From: Octopus sinensis
Taxonomy: Eukaryota
DNA length: 64,000 nucleotides
NCBI RefSeq assembly: GCF_006345805.1
Contig: NC_042999.1
Coordinates: forward strand, 125,178,001-125,242,000
Direction: 5' to 3'
Positions 1 through 10,465 of the stretch are shown here, piece after piece. A program made the position numbers and the translations under genes. Every line of letters begins with the position of its first letter. Position 1 is the stretch's first letter. Under the pieces are notes generated by a model. That model searched no databases. It saw nothing but the letters and a program-made list of their open reading frames with translations, and had not been told where the DNA came from.

Positions 1-417
1 TACTAGCCTTGTGTCTAAATAATAATAATAATCATCATCATCGTTCTTGTTTTTGTAGTTCATTGATTTTTTTTTTAACTCAAATTTCCTTTTGGATTAA
101 ATCGGCTCCCTTACTGGGTTTGTTATTAGTAAGGTTTCTTGTAAAATATTAGTAATTAAATTATTTGTTGTTTCACTTCATGTATATAGTTAATAGATGA
201 AGGCATGAATGTCGTAAATTCCCATTTCTTCTCTTCCCGTGCCCCCCCCCAGCTCATCTCTGTTTAAAAAGTTATAATCGTTTATTTATTTATACAGCTA
301 AATATTTTTTTTCCTCTCTTTTTATAATTATGAAATTTAAAAATTATAAAAATCTGCGAACACTAACTGAAAAAACAAAAAAATAACTCGATACATGTGT
401 AGAACCAAATATCATCA

Positions 418-510
418 ATTGACACTTATTTTCGAAGTTTCACCGGTAATGTCTTTCTTCATTGGACTGACAACAACATCATCGGCGAAATTTCGAAGTC
501 GCGTGTCAAT
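418..510. ncRNA. Candidate pre-miRNA-like stem-loop
   Basis: 5' arm ATTGACAC-TTAT-TTTCGAAGTTTCACCGGTAATGT versus reverse complement of 3' arm ATTGACAC-GCGA-CTTCGAAATTTCGCCGATGATGT. Upper-stem differences are all transitions (3 G:U and 2 mismatches on +). Structure only; no expression evidence. Confidence 0.35.
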
Positions 511-869
511 AAAATTTATTTACTTACATTTATTTATTGAACGAGCATCATATTGCATTCGTAAGTTACCCGTAAATAAAATGTCGTGACCCAGTCTCGA
601 TTCAGAGTGTAGATAGAACTACTTCACTTTCGTCACAAATGTCTCTTCATCGACACCCCCGCATAACAACTCGGTAGGGTAAGTACTCGAACGTTAGTAC
701 AACTTGCCCATTAATTGTACTTCTTTGTGACCGAAACAAGTCATACCGTTATCGTTGTTGTTATTGGTTATAGTTATTACGAAAGACATGGGTGATCTAA
801 AATGCTGTCATCATCATCATCATTACTATCATCATCACCATCATCGTCATCGAGGAAACCAACCTCTGC

Positions 870-1066
870 TTTGCCGCCAGATGCTAGAAATAGCAGCCAA
901 ATCTCCTTTAAATCCAGCCCTTCCCTTTTAAATAAAGAAATAACAGTGGATTATATATTTCTAGACATACACATTAAATAGAGGCGGGCTGGTCACGGTT
1001 GGACTGCCTTTGCTCATAGTTCTGCTCGATAAAAGTTGATTGACCTGGATCTAAACAACAACAACA
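870..1066 (+). mobile_element. 3' module of a dispersed (CAA)n-tailed retroposon family ('family C')
   Basis: GCTAGAAATAGCAGCCAAATCTCC...GGTCACGGTTGGACTGCCTTTGCTCATAG...GACCTGGATCTAAACAACAACAAC. Related copies at about 17325-17490, 23805-23940, 26738-26910, 27490-27610, 31040-31120 (+) and 26040-26100, 49070-49225 (-). Confidence 0.6.
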
Positions 1067-2109
1067 ATCATCATCATTATCCTCATGACTGTGTCACCAT
1101 TATATGCAATGATTAATCCCCCGCTTCCTCTTCATTCACTCCAGGGTACTGCATTGAACCGGAAATCTGTGTAATTCAATGTCATGAACATCTATACTAT
1201 AACATACTATACTATACAATAACATACTATATTTTGAAATGCTTTCTAATAGTATTAGAGAAACTTCTTAATTATATATTTGTTTAGATATCTGATCGCA
1301 TTGTCATGAAGCCAGGTTGATTATTGTTAATCCGTTGTTGACATTCTCGGGATTAATGTAAAACTGCTCACCAACTCAATCACTCTCTCTCTTTCTCTCT
1401 CTCTCTTTTACTGTTACTGTGTCAAAGTGTACGAGTGTGTGTGTTTGTATGTCTGTCTGTTTGCCTGCCTGTCGCTCTGTCAGTCAGCTAACCCAGCCAG
1501 CTGTCGGTGTTGGTGCAGGCAGACAGGCAAGCAGCGCCATCAAATCAATACTATTCACTTAACTTTCCTCTGAGTTTTGTAGTTGTAGTGATGGTAGCGA
1601 TGATGTTGCTGATATCTGTCTGTGTCAGCGTCACAACATACACAGGGATGCGCGCGAACTCGCCGCCAACCACACACTTACACACATAACATACACAGCT
1701 GCTGTATCTCTCCCCAACATGCATACACGCCAACACAAGACAAACTCATTTACCAAGATCATCATCGTCATCAGCACCATCTATACACATAAATGTTCGT
1801 GAATATCACTAGAATAAAAGAAATATTTCATAAGAGGCGCCTTTGTGTGTGTGTTTATGTGTGCGCGCGCAGTACTTACACTTTTTCCTGTGAATCTCTA
1901 TGTATGTTAAGTGCACGTATGCTATTATGTGGGCAAGCATATAGCAAAAACCCTGTGTGTGTGTGTGTTCTTATTTGCGTGCGCTCATGCGAGGTAGTAT
2001 TCCACCGATTTTTTGTGTGTTGACTGACTCCTATGAGTGATTCCAAATACATTCTTTTCCTGCTGTCATGCTATGTGGCTTTCAAAACTTTTGGAACTCT
2101 CAAGTGCAT

Positions 2110-2176
2110 ATATGTATGTTTATGCATATGTGAATGTATATATTTGTATATAAATATGTACGTGTGTGTGTGTAAG

Positions 2177-2239
<63 letters not shown>

Positions 2240-2333
2240 ATATATATACATACATATATATATATATGTGCATCTGTATACATGTGTATGCACATTTATA
2301 CATATATATATATGTGTGTGTGTATCTGCATAC

Positions 2334-2378
<45 letters not shown>

Positions 2379-2830
2379 TGTGTGTGTATGCATATATATG
2401 TATATACACATGTGCGTATATATATATATGTGTGTGTGTGTGTGTGCGTGTGTGTATACATACATATATGTATATGTAAGTATATATATGTGTACACACA
2501 TATGTATGTATACGTATATATGAATGTATACACATATATATGAATGTATATACGTATATCTATGTATATACATATATGTATGTGTATATATATGTGTGTG
2601 TATACATATATATATGTGTATATATATATATACATCTATATGTGTGCATCTATATACATGTGTATGCACATTTATACATATATATGTATATACACGTGTG
2701 CGTATATATGTATGTGTGTATATGTATACACATACATTGTAAACATGTGCGTATATATATATATAGAGAGAGAGGGGGGCAGACAGACAGAGAGAGCAAG
2801 AGAGAGAGAGAGGGGTGCAAGTACACATGC
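2110..2830. repeat. Compound (TA)n/(TG)n/(GA)n microsatellite with an internal duplicated block
   Basis: Dinucleotide runs; GTGCATCT(G/A)TATACATGTGTATGCACATTTATACAT occurs twice (about 2268 and 2644). Confidence 0.95.
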
Positions 2831-3276
2831 ATACGTGTGAATGTATATCAAGTAAATCCGTTAATTATAATACAATCTTTCCCCACTGTCATGAATAATC
2901 ATTATTATCTCTGCCATAGAACCATGCACTGCTCTATCAACGTAAATGATATGTATACAGATACACACTAATAGAATGCGGAACATAGATGCACACCTAC
3001 AATTAAAATAGGAGTTTTTAATTTATGCACATTAGCTTGAATCACTAACCAGATGTGTCGTTATCTTATACGAACGGCTCAACATTAAATTGGTTAAACA
3101 AGTTTTTCGGGCTTTTGTTTAATTACATGCCTGTGTGTATACCTGGAGTTTCATATATATATATACATATGTTCATCTACATAATTAGACACATAAATGC
3201 AATTTATTATTTTTTCTTTGCGTGTGTATTCGTGTGAGTTCATCAAAGTGGATCTCCTAAATGTTTGTATTATTAA

Positions 3277-3307
<31 letters not shown>

Positions 3308-3316
3308 TGTCTCTCC

Positions 3317-3378
<62 letters not shown>
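3277..3378. repeat. (CT)n microsatellite
   Basis: Seen directly. Confidence 0.95.
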
Positions 3379-3382
<4 letters not shown>

Positions 3383-4398
3383 AATTGAACAGAGCTGACT
3401 GAACCTCTTAGTTCTTGCACTTATCAGGACCCCTTATACACCGAAACATAGCAGTAGACATACACACACACACTCACAATATGTATATAGTAACTTTATT
3501 ATTATAATGTTTAACTTCTAATGAAGAGAGCATCGTGGAGAATATGTGAATTCATGACTACTTGAGACAGCGACCTGGTTTCCAATCCTTCATGCAGCCA
3601 TTTCTAACCATGTTACATCATGAATGTTTTCCTATAATCCTTTGAAAGACAGTTGTTAAATATACTCATTGCCTCTCTTCTCTATATGTGAGAAGTTTGT
3701 ATTTGAAACATCAGTATTTAACCTGTGTTGGCACATGAGGAAAGAATATATATCTATAAATTTTCTAGTGCAAACTAACATGTTTTAAAAAAAGAAAAAA
3801 AACATATCTTCTACATGTATTGAGCATCTTTCTCAAGGAATGAATGTGTGCGTGTGTGTATGGTTTTCTACTGTAAACTGTATCGTCGTGTGTGAGTATG
3901 AAAAGTAGCCTAAAACGGGTGCGACTTAGGAAATCAGTCAAATATACAGACGTTAAAATAAACATGGATATTGTAGATATAACAACCAAAACAACGTTGG
4001 AGTTTACAGTAGGAAAGCTCGCCTGGCTTACTACTACTACTACTACCACTATTATTCTTCAACTTTCGAAATGCTTTCCTTTTTACAAATGTTGTGTTGT
4101 ATATTCTATGACAACGCTGGCTGCTTGTTTTGGAAATTCCGCTAGAAATACGCTCAATGTTTTCATTTGTTATAAATAGTGTAACGGAAGCTTTCCAATT
4201 TCAACAACCTGAACTTGAACTTGATAACAAAATTTGGCTTTTCAGCCATATTTTTCTCTTTGCTTTTCGTTTTTATTTTTCTGTAACCTTTTATTTTATT
4301 TTATTTTATTTTTTAAATTGCTTTTTACTTCAGTTGTTTTGCGTTTAACCGTGTCAGAAGATCTAAACATTTTGGTAGAAGAGTTTTAGCTTCATACC

Positions 4399-5138
4399 GG
4401 TACTATCTAAGAAGAGTGGTCCCGGTGCGCGCACTCGCGTACTCACGCATCCGCTGTAGCTCGTCGGGACTAGTCGATCCTTACTTTGTTTTTGTTTTAT
4501 TTACTTTGTTTAAAAAAAATATTTACTTTGTGTTCCTGGGATCTTTTCGGTTTGAACGGCAGTTTTTAAAAATAATTTCCACGTAACTAAACACTTTTAA
4601 ACTTCGTATGCTGGTAGAATGTGCTTATAAAACATCTTTTCCTCTTGGCTTTATTGAGAAAATTCTATGGTTTGTAAGATATTTGTTGCTTTTTTTCTTC
4701 AATTTCTGCAATTTCAACCAATCAATGACGTCTATTGAGGTGAAAACATTCTGTGCCGTATGAATATGCCCCTCGTTTAAGAAACAGATTGAGTTTATTT
4801 ACATTTCTGAAGAAAAAAAAAGATACCCTTCCCCCCACCCCTAACCCTAACCCTAAAACATTGAAATGCAATAGATCGATACTAGAGTCATAATCATGGG
4901 TGACAATTTCATATGACACCGCTAGAAAAAACAGCCGTTCAAACTGAAAAGATCCTGTTCTTGTGTTTTATTTACTTTGCTTTAAAAAGATTATTTACTT
5001 TGTGTAAAAAAATTATTTATTTTGTGTTTTATTTACTTTGCTAGGTAGTCGTTGTAGGATCGACTAGTTACGACTAGCTAGCGCGGATGCGCGAGTACGC
5101 GAGGGCGCGCATCGGGACCACTCTTCTTAAATAGTACC
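4399..5138. mobile_element. Merlin-like MITE (outer element), about 83-bp TIRs, 8-bp TSD
   Basis: TIRs GGTACTAT(C/T)TAAGAAGAGTGGTCCCG... at 4399-4481 and 5056-5138. Flanks TTCATACC (4391-4398) and CTCATACC (5139-5146). Internal TTTACTTTG repeats. GG termini with an 8-bp TSD fit Merlin/IS1016. Confidence 0.8.
4539..4955. mobile_element. Nested Merlin-like MITE (inner element), 29-bp TIRs, 8-bp TSD
   Basis: TIR GGATCTTTTC(G/A)GTTTGAACGGC(A/T)GTTTTT, 27/29 identical (4539-4567 and 4927-4955). TSD TGTTCCTG (4531-4538) and TGTTCTTG (4956-4963). Contains (CCCTAA)3 at 4839-4856. Confidence 0.8.
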
Positions 5139-6284
5139 CTCATACCTTATGGGGAAGGCAAACATTAATGAAAGGGCGGGACTAATATTTTTATATTTTT
5201 AAATTAAATTTTGATAACAAAAATTGCAGAATTGTCATTTTCGTAAGAGGAAATGCAGGAATATTAGAGCAAAGTATTTTGAGAAAAAAAAATGAGGTAG
5301 TGTGATAGCCAAGTTGTGTCATTCTCAACTTTCTGGTTGAGGGATTCACTAATGTGAAGTAAAACGTAATGTCTTGGCAAGGTGCCTGACTGGACTACAA
5401 GTCGCTGACTACGCAACAATGATTTTTTTAAATATTTAACAAAGCAGAGATACTCGGCTTTGCTTGGGATTAAAATGTTTATAGTTTGTATAAATAAATT
5501 AGTTATGTTGAAACATGTGATACGGGAAAGTGCAGCATTAACAATAAAACATTCGTGGAGTAAATGATGGTCTAATTCGACTAAGCAACATGCAATACGT
5601 CCGTTTGGAGGATTCCATGCCCTAACCTATCATGCGAAATTGGGAGTGATGGGGGTACGTAATTTTTGAACCCACCGAAAAGCTTTCAGTGGATATACTC
5701 GCTTTTGAGGCGGCCAGCATTGCGTCAAACACGACCAATCGTATGGTTGATAATAAAATGAATGGAAGGTGTAACGGAGATATTGTACGCAAATCGGTAC
5801 ATTCCGGAAATGGGCTGCAATGGGAGAAGGCGACGGGGAAGTGCACTGTTCAAATGTAGAAGGCGAAGGGTTGACATTGGATCGCTGGTGTGGCTGTAGA
5901 ATAAAAAAACATAAAGTGAGCCTGTGCAGTTACATGTAATAATGTATTACTTGAAAAAATAAGGCATCATGGCTTATCGTGTGGTATGTATATAGTATGT
6001 CTGTATTTTTCTATGCAGTGTAAATTAACGAGATATAAGCAAATGAACGAAATAGAAGCATATGTATGGAACTGCTAATTTATCAGTAAACGAAACTATA
6101 ATTATTGAAGAGAGACAAAGAATTATATATAGGATAAATTTCTTAATGTAAGGGTAAATATGTAATCGTAAATGCCTAGCAAACTTGCAACAGTTGCGAT
6201 AATTATTACCTGGTAATGGAACAGTGTCACTTCTAGAACTCACATACATACATTCAGGCATGTGTGTGTGTGTTAAATAATGTA

Positions 6285-7950
6285 TTTAACACGGAAAAAC
6301 ACACACTCACAGACACATACACACTCATACACTTACACACATACACTCACAGACAGATACACAGTCGTATACAAAATGTGATGTCGTTGTCGTCGTGGTA
6401 TAAAATGTCTTGTTGACAATAGAAAGATTATCTCTGAAATATTTTATTGTTTTAATCGATATGAAAATAAAATTTCGTATTGACACTGGCCAGACCTCAC
6501 ATACATATAGTAAGATAAGCACACAGACATACATTCACGGATGTTAGTCGTCACACATGTGTATGTATGTGTAGATGTGTTTATGTTTAGTAACGTACCT
6601 AACGCGGAAAGACACACACACACTGAGGCATATCTTCACACTCATGCACTTACACACATTTACAGACAGATACACAGTCATATGCAAAATGTGCTGTCGT
6701 TGTCATTGTGGTATAAAATGTCCTGTTGATAATAGAAAGATTATCTCTATGAAATGTTATATTGTTTTAATCGACCAGCCCTCAGATACATATGTGTTTA
6801 ATAACGTACCTAACGCGGAAAGACACCTACACTGTGAGACATATACACTCACACACACATTCACAGATAGATACACAATCATATACAAAATGTGACGTCG
6901 TCGTCGTCACATATGTATATGTATGTGTAGATGTATATGTTTAATAATGTACCGTTACATATGTATATGCATGTTAGATGTGTATGTTTAATAACGTACC
7001 TAACGCGAAAAGACACACACACTATGAGACATATACACACTCATACACTCACAGACAGATACACACTTACATACAAAATATGATGTCGTTGTCGTCGTGG
7101 TATAAAATGTCCTGTTGATAATAGAAAGATTATCTCTATGAAATGTTATATTGAAATAATGGAAATGAAAATTGTCCTTGTGACAATAGAAATATTGCAG
7201 TGTTGAAGATGTTTGTAAAGCATTCAAGAACAGACAAAGATCATTATTTTCACTTCGACATTTAGATTTCAATTGTGTCGAAATATTTTCGTCGCCTTGA
7301 AACTGCGACCTCTTCACTGGCAAAACTTCGTGCTGCATCTAAGAAAATAACTGTTAGTACATGATATATATGTGTTTATGTATGTATGTATGTATGTATG
7401 TATGTATGTATGTAGTATGTATGTATGTTTGCATGTATGTATGTATATGTGTAAATGCCCATGCATTCATATACGTATGTATGTATGTATGTATGTATGT
7501 ATGTATGTATGTATGTATGTATGTATGTGAACATTTACATATGTTTGTAGACGTGTCTGCGTGTGTGTATATGTGCATGTACATGTAAATGTATTTTTAT
7601 GTACTGATATGTGTTTCTGTTCAAGTTGTACATATAACTGTTACTCCGTCGAAGGTTGTATATATATGCTCCGAGCACACAATCTCAGATCAAGTCACTT
7701 GCTATGCAGGTGCATTTCCGTAAATAGAAAGATTATCTCTATGAAATGTTATATTGTTTTAATCTAAATGAAAATAAAATTTGGTATTGACACTGACCAG
7801 CCTTCACATACATATAGATAGTATGTTTAATAACGAACCTAACGCGGAAAGACACGCACACTGTGAGACATACACGCTCATACAGTCACACACATACATT
7901 CACAGGCAGATACACAGTCATATACAAAATGTGACGCCGTCGTCGTGGTT
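6285..7950. repeat. Local modular tandem repeat, about 5 partial copies
   Basis: Modules GTACCTAACGCGGAAAGACAC (about 6597, 6806, 6996, 7834), CAGACAGATACACAGTCATATACAAAATGTGA(T/C)GTCGT (about 6350, 6663, 6864, 7052, 7903) and AATAGAAAGATTATCTCT(A)TGAAAT (about 6419, 6731, 7120, 7722). Confidence 0.85.
7377..7528. repeat. (TATG)n tetranucleotide microsatellite
   Basis: Seen directly. Confidence 0.95.
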
Positions 7951-8039
7951 AGAATTAAAAGTAAAAGTATAAAAGTAAAACAATATATCACATAATATAG
8001 ATGTTATTGTTTCACTTTTATTCTTTGAGTTTTGACACG

Positions 8040-8212
8040 TAATACGGAACCAGTGCCAATGCTGCATTATTTTAATCCCCCAAAATTGCCTGCTGATACT
8101 CACGGGGTCTGAGAGCATTACCATATAAAATTTGATTTGATTTGATTTGGTTGAGCCGTTTGAGAATGCGTTGGGAACAGACAGAGAGACAAAAGATTTT
8201 ATATATATATAA
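8040..8212 (+). mobile_element. 3' fragment of a non-autonomous Helitron/Helentron-like element
   Basis: Ends ...TTTGGTTGAGCCGTTTGAGAATGCGTTGGGAACAGACAGAGAGACAAAAGATTTTATATATATAT, the same terminal layout as 9182-9568. Confidence 0.4.
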
Positions 8213-8234
8213 CTTCGGGCTACTTAACACTTTA

Positions 8235-8445
8235 AAATGTTTCAAATTTTGACAAGGCCAGCAAGTTCGGGGTGGGGGTAAGTCAATTATATTGATCCCC
8301 AGTGCTCAACTGGTACTTATTTTATCGACCCTGAAAGGATGAAAGGCAAAGTCGACCTTGCTCACATTTGAACTCAGAACATATAGACGAAATGCTACTA
8401 AGCATTTTGCCCGGCGTGCTAATGATTCTGACAACTCACCGCATT
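8235..8445 (-). mobile_element. tRNA-derived SINE, family A
   Basis: Reverse complement of GCGGTGAGTTGTCAGAATCATTAGCACGCCGGGCAAAATGC...GAGTTCAAAT...GGTCGACTTTGCCTTTCATCC...GTACCAGTTGAGCACTGGGG, with A-box and B-box-like head. Confidence 0.85.
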
Positions 8446-8529
8446 CGAGGTACTTTAAAATATTAATTTATAAAAGTAAGAATCCTATAAAATATCATAC
8501 TAAAGTTTATCTATGATGATTCTGTGAAT

Positions 8530-9180
8530 TGGCAGAAGCATTAGTGCGTCGCATAGATAATCTGCCTTGCGGTATTCCGACCCTGGGATCCAAGTTCAAA
8601 TCCCGACGACGTCAACTTTGCCTTTCTTCTTATCAGGATTGTTAAAACAAAACGACCAATCCAATGTAGTGGATTAGCGTACCTGTAAGAATGTCAGACC
8701 GAATGTCCTGCAGTATTTGTTCTGGATCTTCGTGTTCTGAGTTCATGGCCCATATGGGTGCGGGACTTATCCCATCACCTTTTTAAACACTACCACGTGG
8801 TATATTGAGAGCCTTTAACGAAGTCAACTGTTACAAGCATTCGGATGAGGTTTCTAGTTTCAGGATACCTCCTTTCCACTAATCGCGGTCGACTTTTCCT
8901 TTCATCCTATCGAAATCGATAAAATAGGTACCAGTTGAGCACTGGGGCCGATGTAATCGACTTAACCCTTCCCTCGAAAATTGCTGGCCTTGTGCCAAAG
9001 TTTGAAACCATTATTATTATTAAAGTGGCGAGATGGCAGAATCTGCCGAGGTCGACTTTGCCTCATCCTTTCTGGGTGGATAAATTAAGAACCAATCAAA
9101 CACTGGGGCCAATGTAATCGAGTGGTCCCCTTCCACAAAATTTCAGTCCTTGTATCTATTGAAGAAAGGATTTATATTAT
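8530..9180 (+). mobile_element. Cluster of 3 degraded family-A SINEs, one interrupted by an insertion of about 135 bp
   Basis: Repeated GTCGACTTTGCCTTTCATCC and CACTGGGGCC(G/A)ATGTAATCGA motifs with (ATT)n tails. Confidence 0.75.
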
Positions 9181-9181
9181 T

Positions 9182-9568
9182 ACTAGCAGTATCGCCCGGC
9201 GTTGCTCAGGTTTGTAAGGGAAATAACTATAAAGCATTTTTAGAGAGTTATAGCCAAAAAATAGCAAAAAAAAATGGGAAAAAAATTATGGTAAATTTTT
9301 TTGAGAGTTAAAAAAGGTGGAGTTGCGTCCCCTAGACGGTCTGTGGTTTGGGTTTCTGATTCTCGACCCCATGTCGAATTTATCGATTTTTTTCAGAACT
9401 GGGGGAACTTTTCAAAATTTTCGCTGCGTTAGTTTTGAATTATGACATTGGGCTATGTGTGTGTCAAGTTTCATCAGAATCGGTTGAAAGCCGTGGTCAG
9501 AGTGAGGGTACGAGAAAACAGACACACAGAAAACGCACAGACAAACTGCCGTTTATATATAGAGAGAT
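9182..9568 (+). mobile_element. Non-autonomous Helitron/Helentron-like (HINE/Lep1-type) element
   Basis: Starts ACTAGCAGTATCGCCCGGCGTTGCTC and ends CAAGTTTCATCAGAATCGGTTG...ACAGACAAACTGCCGTTTATATATAGAGAGAT. No TIR or TSD. Class assigned from recalled terminal layout. Confidence 0.55.
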
Positions 9569-9569
9569 T

Positions 9570-9745
9570 AAGGCAGCGAGCTGATAGATTCGTCAACACG
9601 TTGAACAAAAAAGGTTTAACTGTATTTTTTACAGCTCTTTTCGTTCCGAGTTCAACCATCCTTTCATAATTTCGGGGTCAATAAAATAAAACACCAGTCA
9701 AATACTGAGGTCGATGTAATTGCCTAACACTCTCATCCTAAAATG
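9570..9745 (+). mobile_element. Degraded family-A SINE
   Basis: GGCAGCGAGCTGATAGATTCGTCAACACG...CCGAGTTCAA...GGGGTCAATAAAATAAAACACCAG...GGTCGATGTAATTG. Confidence 0.65.
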
Positions 9746-9764
9746 GTTTAATTTAGGAGGAGAC

Positions 9765-9947
9765 TTATTTCAGTCATCGTACTGCAGCCATGCTGGGACA
9801 CCATCTTAATGGGTTTAGTCGAACAAATCGATCCCAATACTTATCTTTAAGCCTCGTACTTATTCTATCACACTCTTTTGCCGAACCGCTAAGTGACGTG
9901 ACATAAACCAATACCGGCTGTCAGGTGGTGATGGTGGACAAACACAA

Positions 9948-10003
<56 letters not shown>

Positions 10004-10215
10004 GCACGCACGCACGCTACATACATACACACACACGCACGCACGTACACATACATACACACACACGCACGCACACGACGGTCTTCTTTCAGTTTCCGTC
10101 TACCAAATCCTCTCACAAGACTTTGGTTGGCCGAAGCTGTAGTAGAAGACATCTGTCCAAAGTGCCATATTGAACTCGCAATCATATGGTTGGGAAGCAA
10201 ACTTATCACGAAGCC
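9765..10215 (-). mobile_element. tRNA-derived CORE-like SINE, family B, with internal (CA)n tract
   Basis: CAGCCATGCTGGGACACC...TTTTGCCGAACCGCTAAG...(CA)n...TTTCAGTTTCCGTCTACCAAATCC...CATATGGTTGGGAAGCAAAC. Confidence 0.85.
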
Positions 10216-10465
10216 ACAATTTTGTTTTTACCCAATTTTGTGTAAATTATTATAATTATTAGCACCAATATTGGTGGGCTACAAATTCTCGGCAAATCTA
10301 GCTCATGGCCTAGTTTCGAGTTTTCGTTGCAATAGTTCTGTTAATTGCCTTAACTCTAACTTTATGCAGAAGTTGTGGTCAAAGATAAACATCATAATCC
10401 AATTATCTCCAAGTTTCTATGCATAAATATAAACTACAAAACAAGTTAAACAAACTTAACGAATC

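Noticed and set aside
2033-2971. Many 60-150 aa ORFs rich in YI/CV/HT (also 7354-7588, 29699-30570, 40948-41328, 63687-63931)
   Set aside because: Translations of dinucleotide and tetranucleotide microsatellites, which lack stop codons by composition.
5560-5880. GC-richer stretch with antiparallel short ORFs
   Set aside because: No motif recognised in any frame; probably decayed TE that I cannot classify.
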